A stretch of DNA of 64,000 nucleotides from Azolla caroliniana (Eukaryota > Plantae > Polypodiophyta): positions 4,278,001-4,342,000 of the forward strand of contig JBHGNT010000021.1 of NCBI GenBank assembly GCA_043228905.1, read 5' to 3'. A program made the position numbers and the translations under genes. The notes beneath the pieces were generated by a model, which saw only the letters and a program-made list of their open reading frames with translations, ran no database searches and was not told where the DNA came from. This document shows, in pieces, positions 1-13,761 of this stretch (position 1 is the stretch's first letter; the number at the start of each line of letters is the position of its first letter).

Positions 1-813
1 GGACATCGATGAACCCCAAGACGCGGAGTCGCTCAACCAAACCGAACGCCAACACCCACTGGCCACCCAAGACTAGCGCGACGTTGATGTCAAAACACGG
101 ACACCCAAACCACGGGAATGGGTGAATGTTCACGTTGTTTTTGCGGACGGGCAACGTTGTGGAGAATCCGCCATTTGGTGAGTCAAAAAGACACTCACAA
201 CAGCACAAGGTTGGTACAAAGGTGCCACTAGCTTTTGGGTCCCGAAACGAAGCCGACTCCCCAGTCGCGATCATACCACGCTTGCAGGGGACACCCAAAA
301 AGCACACACATAAGCCCGGTATCCCGCCCAAGCTAAAGCCACAGGAAGCAACAAGCCTAAACAACTAAGAGACTGAACACCCCGTAGGAAGGTTTCACAA
401 ATCCTCCCCACCCCCTTAACAAACATGCCGCAGGTTTGGATCCTTAAAAGTCACGGACCCAGAACCTCACACGATACCTGAGTGACACTCCCTCCATAGT
501 CGCATCCTTAAGGTTCCTCAAAAGCCCTTAATTTACCCAATCCCCTACCACGTTCCACGTAGACCCCCGTTTAGACCGCCCTCACCATCGGTATCCGAAT
601 CTTCTCCATCGATTCCTCCCTACCCTCTCGACCTCGCATCCCTGTCAGTTGTCCCTCGTTGTCGTGATTTATGTTCTATTAATGGTATTAGTTTTTATTT
701 TTTATTTTTTATTTTCTATTATTTTTGTTGTTTGTTAATTTTATTTATTTATTTATTATCTTTTCTTTTTAAATTAATTAATTAATTTTTATATTTTATT
801 AATTTTTATTTAT

Positions 814-845
<32 letters not shown>

Positions 846-1620
846 CTTTCTTTTTCCTTTTTCCTTTTTCTTTTTTTTGTTTTGCTCCTTCTTCTTCTTC
901 TTCTTCTTTTTTCTCCTTCTTCTTTGCTCTACCTCCCCTTCCACCTTTTCTTCGCTCTCCTCTTTCTGCTTGTCCCCTCCCTTCTCACTCCACGCTTCCA
1001 CGCTCTGCAGCAGTCTTCCCCCCCTCCCCGCTCACACTATTCCTCCCCTCCCCCCCCCAATCTCTGTTCGTGGCTTTCTCCCACCCTCAGCAGCCCCGCC
1101 CCTCCTCCACCGGTTGCCTGCGCCAGTCGCCGCCTCGCCTCCCCCACACCTTGCTTTCCCACGCCTCGGGTAGGCCCTTTCCCCCCCCCCCCCCCCCTTC
1201 CTCTCGTTTTGACACACCACACTGCACTCCCCTCGTACTTGCCCTTCGTTCCTCTGTGGGGACCATGGCCGCCGCCACGACGCTGTCCTCCTCCTCTTGT
1301 CACCGGCACACTACGGGCCTCCCAGCCGTGGCGGCCATCGCCGGCACACTATGTCTACACTCCTCCCGTGGCAGCCATAGCCGTTGGCCCGTTGCCACTG
1401 CCCCTCCTCGTGGCGCTGCCCCACCGTCCCTACGTTTTTTTTTCTCTCTTTCTCTTCTTTCTTTCGTTCCCCCCGAGGTGGCTGCGACAGCCGCCTTGTC
1501 GTTTCACCCTCCCCACGTCATTGGCCGTTTCCAGCCCACTCCACCTCGTGGTTCGAGGGACCCAACCCCTCGAACCACCCGTTGTTCGAGGGGCCCAATC
1601 ACTCGAACTACCCGTTGTTC

Positions 1621-4600
1621 GAGGAGCTGCGAGAGGTAGTCGGAGGGGTCCTTAAAGAGGACCGGACGATTCCGGTATGTTCGGAAAGGATGTACGAAGT
1701 CATCGCGGACTTCAGTAGAGGGCTCGAGCCGGATCAGACGACCCGGGTGGACACTAGGTACAAGACTGTGGACCGGAAGGTGAGGCCAGTCGCGGCTCCC
1801 TTGCCGGAGGGCAGCGAGTTGCGAATAAAGGGGGTTGCGTCGGACCCAAGTTTACGAAATCCGGCCCGCATAGGACACACGTTCACCGACATAACGCTAC
1901 GGGAGTTCAAGGTCGGTGGTGGCGGCTTCCTACTGCCGGCGGAGGAGGACCGGTTTCGGGGAATGCTCGGAAGGCACTGGAAGGCTTTCGCATTCTCACC
2001 GGAGGAGATCGGGTGCGTAGACCCGACAGTCGTGGAACTGATGGTGATATTCACGGTACCGCATGTGCCGTGGAGTCTCAAACCGATTCCAGTACCTAGA
2101 GCTCACATCCCGAAGCTGATGGAGCTGTTAAAGCAGAAGGTCGAGATGGGAATCCTCGAACCGTCGAGTGCCCCATACTCGAATCGGTGGCTTACCGTGC
2201 CGAAGAAAGACGGCATGCTGCGCTTTATTCAAGACCTGCAGCCGGTCAACAAGGTGACCATTCGAAACGCAGGAATCAGACCAACAATAGATGAGTTCGC
2301 GGAGGCCTTCGCCGGAAGGTCGATTTACTCGGTCGGTGATCTCTACTCGGGTTACGATCAGTTCCAGCTTGCCGTAGAGAGCAGAGACATCACGACAATG
2401 CGAACTCCTCTCGGCCTAGTACGGATGTGTACCCTGCCGCAAGGAGGGACGAACTCGGTGGCTCACATGGTGAACGCAATAAACAAAGTGCTGAGGGATT
2501 GTATCCCGGACATCACCATGCCGTTTTTGGACGACGTCCCGATCAAGGGATGCCCGGTGGAGGAAAGGGACGAGACGATCGGACCGGACGGATGCCGAAA
2601 ATTCGTGGCGACGCACATCAATGACTGTGAGAAGGTGCTGCAGAGGTTGGAGGGCGCGAGGCTCACCTTCTCCGGGGGAAAGTCGGCCTTTGGGCAATCA
2701 GAGATCATGGTCGTCGGACACCTATGCGGGCCGTTGGGCCGGAAACCGTCTCCGGCTAAGGTAGAAGCCATCTCTGTGATGAAGAACGACTGTAGCTCGG
2801 TCAGGGAGGTTCGGAGGTTCTTGGGAGCGTGCGCGTTCTACCACATATGGATCCCGCATTACACTCACGTCGCGGAGCCGTTATAGGGGTTGCTGAAAAA
2901 GGGGCGAAAATTCGAGTGGAGAGACGAGCATACAGAGTCTGTCCGGAAGATGAAGGAAGCACTTGTCGCGGCTCCGGCGCTCCGAAAGGCTGTCTACAGA
3001 AAGAGCACTCCAATTTACGTAACGGTAGACACGAGTCCGACCGGGATCGGATGGGTCATCAACCAAGAGGACGAGGACGGCATGCGTTCCCCGATCCGGT
3101 TCGGCGCGAAGGTCCTCAGCGAGCGACAACGAGGATACGCCCAGGTTAAACACGAGCTCTGGGGTATCGTTTTGGCGGTAAAGGCCGATAAAGACTACCT
3201 GATCGGGACAGAGGTAGTTATCGAGACGGACTGCCTACCGATCCTTGGCATGGTTTCCGGATGCGTGACGCCGGACTTGGCAATGCTCAGGTGGATAGCG
3301 TACATCAAGTCCCTGAATCCAGAAATACGAGACATTTCCGGGAAAGACAACGCCATGGCCGACATGCTTTCAAGGGCGAGGTTCGAAAACGACGGCAGCA
3401 TGGTTTCAGAGGACGAGGAAGTCGGCGTGGACTTCTTCGAGGCGGCTTACGTAACAACTGGCAGGGAATGCTCTCCAACGCTTAACGATTTCGACGAGAG
3501 CAAGTACGACGGGGAGTGGCTGCAGATCGGCGGGTTCCTGAAAACAATGACACCGGACGAGGCCAACCAGATTCGGAAGAAAGCCTACCGAATCTTTCTC
3601 CGGGACGGATACATATGGAAGCACCCGAAGAAGAGGAACGACATCCCGCTCCGAGTGGTGGCGAAGAAGGAGGAACAGGAGGATTTGTTGGCGGCGTACC
3701 ACGATAGCCCGTGGGCTGGACACCGTGGAACGTGGGCCACGTTCGAAAAGCTAAAGGGGAAGTACTGGTGGCCGGGACTATACCGGGACGTGCATCGGTT
3801 CGTGACGACTTGCGAAAGCTGTCAGGTCCACTCCATGATCCGACACCGGGACGAGCTCCACCCGACCTACCCTCCAACCGTCCACTTCAAATGGATGGTG
3901 GATCTGGTGACGATGCCAATGGGGGTAGGACAGATGCGGTATCTGGTGCTGGCACGGGAGGATCTAACAAACCAGGTTGAAGGCCGAGCCCTGCAGAACA
4001 AGACGACGACAGCTGTGTGCCGGTTTTTGATTGAGGACGTAGTATGCCGATACAGGTGCGTAGGGAAGATCGTGCCTGACCGTGGTGAGTTGGACGCAAA
4101 AGAGGCCGAAGAGCTGTTCGACCGGCTAAGAGTCAAACTTTCGCTCACCACAGCGTACAATCCGGAGGCGAATGGGAAGGTGGAGCGCGGACACAGGCCA
4201 ATTGTCAAAGTGCTAGTACGGGCGTGCGGAGGCCGAGTCGGGGACTGGCCATGGCTGCTACCTTATGCCTTGTGGGCGGACCGGACTACGCATAGTTCGG
4301 TAACCGGGTTCATGCCGGCCGAGCTGATGTTCGGACAGAAGCCGATCATGCCAACAGAGCGAACGATCTCCTCGTGGGCCACGGTGGACTGGAGGGATGA
4401 GATGAGCCGGGAGGAACTGTTGGCGGCGCGGATTCGACAGCTTGAGCGGAGGCCGGAGGACGTAGAGCGAGCCGCGGAGAAACTTCGGGTAGCGATTGGG
4501 TGCTAGTCTACGACAGCAGCCTCGACAATCAGCACAGGGCCACGCGGAAGTTTGCGAGGAGGTGGTTCGGGCCTTATGTAGTAACAGGCGCCAACAGCAA

Positions 4601-4740
4601 TGGGACGTACGAGAATGGCGATACCGGTAGCGGGGAAGAGGATCAAAGCGTTCAAGAAACGACACGACGGTGAGCCGGAGCTAGGGGGCATGGACAGCAA
4701 CGACGAGCAGCCCGAGGCGGAGGATGAACCGGTAAACGAA
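1621..4740 (+). pseudogene. Gypsy pol (RT-RNaseH-integrase) of element A, disrupted
   Basis: TAG at 2884-2886 between RT and RNase H, plus deletions near 4495 and 4610 relative to the element C integrase. Confidence 0.9.
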
Positions 4741-5477
4741 GCCAGGATCGGTTTTCTCCCATAGAACCCAGTTTTGGCGCATACCGGAGGATGCGCGGTT
4801 AGGTGGGGGCGGATGTCGTGAAGAAAACCGTCCCCAGGCGCAAACCGTGTATAGTGTGTGTGGACCGGCCCTTACACGTGGGCACGTCCCTTGTCGTATA
4901 GTAGATAGGTAGGCACAAAGGTTAAATCCTAGGTAGCAATATTCTGTAAGGGAAATCGAGGAGTATCTCTGTCAAAAAGGACAGAGAATTAATGTGATGT
5001 AAACGGGTGAAACGGCCTCCCCCCTTGAGCTATAAAAGAGAGGGAGACGGGGAGAGAAGGGATCGCGCGCTAGAGGGGACGAAGTGCTATCGGACTGGGA
5101 CCGAGCTCTTCTCCTCTGTAGGTCTCCATAGCTTTCTTCACGTAGGTTCTCGAGAGGCTGATTCTGCTCCGTGGAACGCCCGTGTGCTTCCGGCAGAATC
5201 TCCATCTTGCCCCCCCCCCCCCTTGTGTGCGTGGGTGATCAGGCGTCGGCACCCGTCTCACCGACCTGATCGGCTGTAACCGTTTGAGTCATCTGCATAC
5301 ATTTATTTATATACGCGCTCTTATACTCTATCTCCTGCCCAACTGGTGTCTCTTGTGTTGTTGGGTTGCACTCCCACGCGCTTCTTTGTCTATCCGTGTG
5401 TGAGCGTGTCTCTCTCTTCCCCTTTTTTTTTTCACCTATTCCTCGGTCCAGGACCCCAGTGGTCTCGCCTTGTTCTC
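1621..5477 (+). mobile_element. Ty3/gypsy element A (TGTCGTGAAG family), 5'-truncated: pol plus 3' LTR
   Basis: ORFs 1384-2886 and 2890-4506 encode RT (LPQG...FLDD), RNase H and integrase (H-H-C-C zinc finger, D-D-E core) with a stop and small deletions. PPT-like GGTTAGGTGGGGGCGGA precedes an LTR starting TGTCGTGAAG at 4814. The LTR lacks its last ~25 bp. Confidence 0.93.
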
Positions 5478-8400
5478 TAGGGCCGTGTCTTTTAAGTGCG
5501 TCGTCCGCACTTCCACTAGCCTCTCCGGTTCCGGCTCCGTCGAGAGCCTCTTCTGCTTCACCAAGTCCACGATGGAGTCGTGGAACTCCTTCTTGACGAT
5601 TCCCAGCACCTCCCATAACGACAACTCGACCTTGCTGTCGAGAATTCTCTCTTCCAAGACCTTCTGCAGGTCCTTCGTTCGTTCGATTTCGGTGCTCATC
5701 CGGAAACCGGCATGCTTCTTCTTCTCCGGTGCGCCGGCGTTGGCGGCCTTATTCGGCTTTGGTCTGAACCGGGTCTCGTACCGCTGCGAGGGGCCGCCCC
5801 CTCCAGCCTTTCCCGCACGCTTGTCTCCTACCAGAACCTGGTAGTTCTGGCATGCGGCTGCCAGGAAGCCAATCTTTTCTTCCACCGGATCGTCCCATCA
5901 ACCGTATTCTGTGTCGTTGTTCCGTGCGCGGTCTACCTCTTCCTTCTTCAGCCGTATTCTGGAGAGACCCTCTAACACCAGCAACCAAAATCCGACGTCC
6001 TTCGCGTTTCGGGCCTCATCACCCCCGACCTGGATTCCCGCCGACACCGAGTAGTTAACGGCCTCCGCATGTCGTGCCGTGGCCTCTTCCATCAACAACT
6101 TCATTCTGTCGCGCCCCGTATTCAACTCTAGGGCTTTCCGGGTCTCGCTCGCGTGCACCCGCCCGTTCCAAAGGTACACCACGTTGGTCTTGAGTGCCTC
6201 GGCGAAATCCACGCATTCTTTCCGGATGTGGCCAACCGCGTTGCACCACATGCACTGTTGCCCCACCGGCGGCCTTCGGTCACGAGACAGTTCGGTGCTG
6301 TCCCTTCGGGCCTGTGCGATAGCTCACACCATCTGCGATAGCTCTTCTAGAGCCATGCCTCCGGAGGGACCTTTGACCACTCCACTCAAGGCTGAGCCCG
6401 TCTCATGCCAACTCCGAGTTTCTTCCTTCCTAGCCGGTACCGACATCGGCTCCTCGAGGTCCCTCGCTGGGACCGTCCTTGCCGCCGACCAGCCCTCGTC
6501 GTTCCACTCGCATCGCTTGTCGAAACGACTGCAGAACCTCCTTACCATGGCCCAGTCTACCGTGAGCCCTTCATCCATTTCCAACAGGAGACCACCTTCT
6601 CCCGGTCCATGGCTTCCACCGACTTGACGAATAGTAGTACCCGACTTGTGTCGAGCACGGTCTGGTTCAACATTGATAGCCGTGCGAACCATTTCTTGAA
6701 CTCCTGGAGGAGCGCCGACATGTTCCTCCCCTTCCCAGGGCTCTCAACCCACGCCATGAAGTCTCACTTCGACAGCCGAAGCGAGTCATCGAACCCATAC
6801 ATCTCGAGGAGCCGCAACTCGAACTCCTCCCAAGTCTGGCATCCGGCCAACACCTCGAGCATCTCTGCGTGGATGCTCGGCGTCACCACCCAAGGGAATC
6901 CGGACAAGCACTTGTCCATTGAGATATCCCCCATGATCATTTCGGCCCGGTAGGCATCCAAGTAGCTTGTGGCATTCTTCCCACCGAATCGACCTATGGT
7001 GCCGACGATCGACTCAATGGCCCTATCGAGGGCACCCGTTCCCTCGCGAGCGCTGTCGCGTTGCTACGTGCGTGCGTGGAGAAAACGAGGCGGGACCACC
7101 AGGGACTTGAACCGAAGAGCAGGTGATAGGAGGGGAAAGAGAAAGAGAGAGACGACCGGTTACGTATGAGCAAAGAAACACAAGGGCACGGCCCGTCAAC
7201 GCAGAAATCACGAATGGACACAGAGACAGAGAGACACGAACGTGTATATATTAACGAATAACAAAATAAACAACAGAGCACGCGAGCGGTTACAACCGAA
7301 CAGGCCGGCGAACAGATGCCGATGCCTGTTCTTCTGCGCACGAAAGGGGTTAGGATGGAGGTGCTGTCGGAAGCACACGGACGTTCCTCGAAGCAGCGCG
7401 AGCCTCCCGAAAACCTGCAGAGAAGAGCAATAGAGAACAAACAGAGGAGAAGCATTCGGTTACGGTCCGACAGCACTTCGTCCTCCTCAATGCACGATCC
7501 CCTTCTCCCCGCGTCTCCCTCTCTTTTGTAGCTTCAAGAAGGGAGCCGTCTCCCTCATTTACTTCCCACCTACCGAATCTAACTACCTAGGATATGCCTT
7601 TGTACTTAATTCCCTATTATATACATTGAAGGGTGCGCACGCGCGAAGAGCCGGTTCACGCGCGCTATGCACCGATTGCGCCAAGGGACGGTTTTCTTCA
7701 CGACATCCGCCCCCACCTAACCAAGCATCCACCGGTATGCGCCAAAATTGCGCTCTGGTTGGAAAAAACCGGTCCGGGTTCCGGTTCCTCATTCATCGGT
7801 TCGCCCCCCGTCTCGGACTATTCATCGTCGTTGTCCAGGCCTCTTAGATCCGGTTCGCCATCGTGGCGCTTCTTGAACGCTTTGATCTGCTTCCCTGCTA
7901 CCGGTATCGCCATCCTCGTACCGTCGAGTTCCGCCAGGTGATACGTCCCGTTGTCGTTGGCACTCGCTACCACGTAAGGCCCGAACCACCGCTTTGCAAA
8001 CTTCCGTGTTGCCCGGTACTGGTTGTCGAGGCTCCTGTGGTAAACTAGCACCCAGTCGCCTTCCTCGATTTTCTTTGGTCGGAGCCGGTGCCTTCGGTCG
8101 AACCGGGCTTTGTTCTTCATCCTCGCCGTCCGAAGTCTCTCCGCCGCTCGTTCCACGTCCTCTGGCCTCCGCTTGAGCTGCCGTATACGAGCGGCTAGCA
8201 GTTCTTCCCGACTCATCTCGTCTCTCCAGTCTACTGTCGCCCAGGAGGAGATCGTCCGTTCCATCGGCATGATCGGTTTCTGTCCGAACATGAGCTCTGA
8301 CAGCATGAACCCGGTTACCGAACTGTGCGTCGTCCAGTCCGCCCACAAGGCATAAGGTAACAGCCGTGGCCAGTTCCCGACCTGGCCTCCGCATGCCCGG

Positions 8401-11196
8401 ACTAGCGCTTTGACAATCGGTCTGTGTCCGCGCTCCACCTTCCCGTTCGCGTCCGGATTGTACGCTGTGGTGAGCGAGAGCTTGACCCCTAACCGGTCGA
8501 ACAGCTCCTCGGCCTCTTCGGCGTCCAACTCCCCGCGGTCAGCCACGATCTTCCCAACGCACCCGTACCGGCATATCATGTCCTCGATCAGGAATCGACA
8601 CACGACCGCGGTGGTTTTGTTCTGCAGGGCTCGGCCTTCCACCTGGTTCGTCAGGTCCTCCCGGGCCAGCACCAGATATCGCATCTGCCCTACGCCCATC
8701 GGCATCGTCACCAAATCTACCATCCATTTGAAATGGATGGCCGGAGGGTAAGTAGGGTGAAGCTCATCCCGATGTCGGACTATGGAGTGCATCTGACAGC
8801 TCTCACAAGTTGTCACGAACCGATGCACGTCCCGGTACAGTCCCGTCCACCAGTACTTCCCCTTTAGTTTCTCGAACGTGGCCCATGTCCCACGGTGTCC
8901 AGCCCAGGGGCTGTCGTGGTAGGCCTTCAGCAACTCCTCATGTTCCTCCTTCATCGCCACTACTCAGAGCGGGATGTCATTTCTCTTCTTCGGGTGCTTC
9001 CATAAGTATCCTCCCGGAGAAAGAATTAGTATGCTTTCTTCCGGACCCGGTTGGCCTCGTCCTTTGTCCATGACACGTCCGGCGTCATCGTCCTTAAGAA
9101 TCCTCCAATCTGCAGCCACTCCCCATCATACTGGCTCTCGTTAAAATCGTTAAGCGCCGGAGTGCTCCCCCCCTCGGTTGTTACGTAAGCCACCTCGAAG
9201 AAGTCCACGCCGACTTCCTCGTCCTCCAAAACCATGCCGCCCTCGTCGTCGAATCGCGCCCTCAAAAGCATGTCGGCCATGGCATTGTCTTTCCCAGAAA
9301 TGTGTCGTATTTCCGGATCTAGGGACTTGATGTACGCTATCCACCTGAGCATTGCCAGGTCCGGGGTTGCGCATCTGGAAACCATGCCGAGAATCGGCAG
9401 GCAGTCCGTCTCGATAATCACCTCTGTCCAGATCAGATAGTCTTTATCGGCCTTCACCGCCGAAACGATACCCCAGAGTTCGCGTTTAACCTGGGCGTAT
9501 CCTCGCTGTCGCTCGCTGAGGACCTTCGCACCGAACCGGATTGGGAACCGAATGCCGTCCTCATCTTCTTGGTTGACAGCCCATCCGATCCCGGTCGGAC
9601 TCGTATCTATCGTTACGTATACGGGAGTGCCTTTCTCGTAGACAGCCTTCCGAAGTGCCGGAGCTGCAGCAAGAGCCTCCTTCATCTTTCGGACCGACTC
9701 CGTATGCTCGTCTCACCACTCGAAGTTTCGCCCCTTTTTCAGCAACCCGTATAGCGGCTCGGCAACGTGGGCGTAATGCAGGATCCATATGTGGTAGAAC
9801 GCGCATGCTCCCAAGAACCTCCGTACCTCCGTGACCGAGTTACAGTCGGGCTTCATTGCGGAGATGGCTTCCACCTTAGCCGGAGACGGTTTCCGGCCAT
9901 ACGGTCTGCATAGATGTCCGACGACCATGATCTCTGATTGCCCGAAGGCCGATTTCTCCCCGGAGAAGGTGAGCCTCGCGTCCTCTAGCCTCTGCAGACC
10001 CTCTCGCAGTTGTCAATGTGTGTCGCCACGAATTTCCGGGATCCGTCCGGTCCGATCGTTTCGTCCTTTTCCTCCACTGGACATCCCTTGATCGGGATGT
10101 CGTCCAAGAATGGCATGGTGATGTCCGGGATACAATCCCTCAGCACCTTGTTCATCGCATTCACCATGTGGGTCACCGAGTTCGTCCCTCCTTGGGGCAG
10201 GGTACACATCCGCACTAGGCCGAGAGGAGTCCGCATCGTCGTAATGTCTCTGCTCTCTACGGCTAGTGGGAACTGATCGTACCCCGAGTACAGATCACCG
10301 ACCGAGTAGATCGACCTTCCGGCGAAGGCCTCCACGAACTCGTCTATCGTTGGTCCGATTCCTGCGTTCCGAATGGTCACTCTGTTGATCGGTTGCAGGT
10401 CTTGAATGAAGCGCAACGTCCCATTCTTCTTTGGTACAGTAAACCACCGGTTCGAGTACGGGGCACTCGACGGTTCGAGGATACCCATATCGACTTTCTA
10501 CCTCAACAGCTCCATCAGCTCCGGGATGTGAGCCCTCGGTACCGGAATTGGTTTGAGATTCCACGGCACATGCGGTACCGTGAATATCACCATTGGCTTC
10601 ACGACTGTCAGGTCTACGCACCCGATCTCTCCCAGTGAGAATGCGAAGGCTTTCCCGTGCCTTCCGAGCATTCTCCGAAACCGGTCTTCTTCCACCGGCA
10701 GTAGGAACCCGCCCCCACCGATTTTGAGCTCCCGTAGCGTTTTGTCGGTGAAGGCGTGTCCTATGCATGCCGGATCTCGTAAACTGGGGTCCGACGCGAC
10801 GCCCTTGATTCGCAACTCGCTGCCCTCCGGTAAGGGTGCCGCAACTGGCCTTACCTTCCGGTCCACAGTCTTGTACTTCGTGTTAACCCGGGCCGTCCGA
10901 TCCGACTCGAGCCCTCGATTGAAGTCCGCGATGACTTCGTACATCTCTTCTGAACAAACCGGTATCGTCCGGTCCTCTTTAAGGCCCTCTCTGACCACCT
11001 CTCGCAGTATTCCCAAGGTATCGTCGAAGGCGACCGCCTCCACGGCTCCGTTGATTTCGTCGCTGGGACCGAGAACTTTGTACGCCCGGAGTCGCTCTTC
11101 CGCCCGTTGTCGGAGAAACAAAACTTCCTACTTATGGTACAAGGTTTCTTCGGTTTCACCTCTATCGTACATTTGTGGGGTTTTCCCGGAGTGTCC

Positions 11197-11240
11197 GGAC
11201 TGTCGCGGCCCCACGCCTTGACAGCCCTCTCTAAAAATCC
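11197..11240 (-). promoter_or_regulatory. Putative -1 ribosomal frameshift signal (G_GAU_UUU, 6-nt spacer, stem-loop) at the gag/pol junction of element C
   Basis: Sense strand reads GAG GAT TTT TAG AGA GGGCTGTC-(15 nt)-GACAGTCC. The -1 frame reads GFLERAVKAWGRD toward pol. Confidence 0.7.
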
Positions 11241-12744
11241 TCTCGGTTCTCGCCACCGAGGGACTCGCGGTTTCACTCGTGGTTCGGTCACACCGTCAGG
11301 AACTGGACCGAATGACGCCCAAGCGGTATCCGCCCTTCTTGTGGTTATCCCGGGCACTGGACTCACCGGCCTCGTTCCGTTTCAGCCCGAATCGGGTTTC
11401 GTATCTTTGTGAGGGTCCGGCCCCTCCGGTTTTACCTACCCGTTTGTCTTCAACCAGAGCCTCGTAGTTCTGGCAAGCTGCTTCTACGAAACCCGTCTTT
11501 TCTTTGACCGGGTCACTCCACTCGGTTACCCCTTGGACCCGCTTCTCCGCGCGGTCCGCCTCGTCTTTCTTTAGTCGGGCACCGGCGAGGCCTTCCAGCA
11601 CCGTCGGCCAGAACCCGGCTTTGCTCTCCTTCCGGGCCTTGCTGCCTCCGACCCGAATACCGGCTGACGCTGAGTAGTGGACGGTCTCCGCGTGCCGGGC
11701 TGCTGCCTCTTCCATCAGCCTTTTCATTCCTCCTCGCCCGTCGTTCCGGTTCAGGGCCCTCCGGGTATCGCTGGCGTGCACCCAACCTTCCCACAGGTAC
11801 ACTACCCGGCTTCTCAAAGCCTCCGTAAAGTCCCCGTAGTCTTTCCGGATGTGGCCGACCTCGTCGCACCACATGCACCTATTTCCTGCCGGAGGCCGTC
11901 GGTCACGAGCCTGATCGCCGCCTTCCCTTCGAGCCTGGGCGATCTGGAGATCCTTTACCGCCCGTGTCAACTCCTCCAAAGCTGTCCCCCCGGACCAGCC
12001 TCTGACCACGCTGGTCGAAGCCGAACCGGTTTCGGGCCACTCCCGGGTCTCTTCCCTTCGCGCCTGCGGTATCGGTTCGAGCTTCCTTGGTGCGACAGGA
12101 CCCGCCCCGGTCGCCCCTGTATCAGCCCACTCCCACCGTTTGTCAAAACGGCCGCAGACTCCTTTTACCGCGGCCCAGTCGGCCGTCAGCCCGTCTTCGG
12201 TTTCCAGTAAGGAGCCCACTTGCTCCCGATCCCGTGCGTCAACCGATTTGACAAACAGTAGGACACGACTTGTGTCCAAAACGGTCCGATTGAGCGCCGA
12301 AAGGCGCGCAAAGCGTTCCTCAAACTCCTGGAGGAGTACCGACGCATTTCTTCCTTTGTTGGGGGACTCCACCCACTCCATGAAGCCCCGCTTCGAAAGT
12401 CGAAGCGCGTCATCCAACCCGTATTTCTCCAGGAGCCGTCCTTCGAAGTCCTCCTAGGTCCAGCTCTCCGCCTGGACTTCGAGCACCTCCGCATGGATGC
12501 TCGGCATCGCCACTCGAGGGAATCCGGCAAGATGCCTCTCTTCCGGAATATCCCTCATCAACATCTCCGCCCGGTAGCACGCCAAATAACTTGTGGCATC
12601 TTTTCCACTGAACCGGCCGATCGCCTCAATAGCCCTTTCAAGGGCGTCGGTGCCCTCGCGCGCGCTCACTATCCGGTCCACGGCCGAAGCCATGGCCTCT
12701 GCAAGATCCGACCCCCTCATCTTCTGCTCCTCTGCCGCCTTGTT

Positions 12745-12761
12745 TCACGTCGGGTTCACCA
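12745..12761 (-). promoter_or_regulatory. Primer-binding site complementary to the tRNA-Trp 3' end (TGGTGAACCCGACGTGA)
   Basis: Matches the plant cytosolic tRNA-Trp end ...TCACGTCGGGTTCACCA. The same PBS occurs at about 13500-13516, 29380-29396, 30056-30072 and 61654-61670. Confidence 0.85.
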
Positions 12762-13716
12762 AATATGTCGCGTTGCTACGCACGTGCGTGGAGAAAACGA
12801 GGCGGGACCACCGGGGACTTGAACCGAAGAGCAGGTGATAGGAGGGGAAAGAGAAAGAGAGAGACGACCGGTTACGTATGAGCAAAGATACACAGGGGCA
12901 CGGCCCGTCAGCGCAGAAAACACGAATGGACACAGAGACAGAGAGACACGAACGTGTATATATTAACGAATAACAAAATAAACAACAGAGCACGCGAGCG
13001 GTTACAACCGAACAGGCCGGCGAACAGATGTCGATGCCTGTTCGTCTGCGCACAAAAGGGGCTAGGAAGGAGGTGCTGCCGGAAGCACACGAGTGTTCCT
13101 CGAAGCAGCGCGAGCCTCCCGAAAACCTGCAGAGAAGAGCAATAGAGAACAAACAGAGGAGAAGCATTCGGTTACGGTCCGACAGCACTTCGTCCTCCTC
13201 AATGCGCGATCCCCTTCTCCCCGCGTCTCCCTCTCTTTTGTAGCTTCAAGAAGGGAGTTGTCTCCCTCATTTACTTCCCACCTACCGAATCTAACTACCT
13301 AGGATATGCCTTTGTACTTAATTCCCTATTATATACATTGAAGGGCGCGCACGCGCGAAGAGCCGGTTCACGCGCGCTATGCACTGATTGCGCCAAGGGA
13401 CGGTTTTCTTCACGACAGCGCTCACTAGCCAATCGATGGCTACGACCATAGCTTCAGCAAGCTCGGATCCCCTCATCCTTCACTCCTTTGCCGCCTGTTT
13501 CACGTCGGGTTCACCAAATATGTCGATTTGTTACGCTCTTCGCGTGTGGAAAGAGGCGGGACCGCGGGGGCCTTGGACCAAGGAGCGTGAGAAAGAAGAG
13601 AGAGAGAGAGAGTAGCTTGTGGAAACACAGAGGGAGAAAGAGAGAGAGAACAAAGTCTTAATTACAAATCAATAACTATTACAATTGGCAAGCCGGCAGT
13701 GAACCCAACACAAACG

Positions 13717-13761
<45 letters not shown>

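Larger units (their letters stand above)
7054..13417 (-). mobile_element. Gypsy element C with two 652-bp LTRs (7054-7705, 12766-13417), nested in gag of element B
   Basis: TG...CA LTRs of high similarity, 4-bp TSD GCGC (7050-7053 / 13418-13421), Trp PBS 12745-12761, gag 11231-12720, and pol ORFs 10498-11121, 9985-10488, 9026-9685 and 7818-8960. The protease segment is deleted near 11318. Confidence 0.96.

Noticed and set aside
1-660. Possible coding fragment at the window start
   Set aside because: Stops interrupt the frames I checked and there is no recognisable domain, so it is left unassigned.
877-1655. Long Pro/Leu/Phe-rich ORFs (877-1173, 882-1655, 1070-1639)
   Set aside because: They arise from low-complexity pyrimidine and poly-C tracts, have no recognisable domain, and are open in several frames.
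7049-13421. Reading the TSDs as 5 bp (AGCGC, AGCGT)
   Set aside because: The extra A is the terminal A of the LTR CA end. Host reconstruction requires 4 bp, and the two ACGT sites have C or T at that position.
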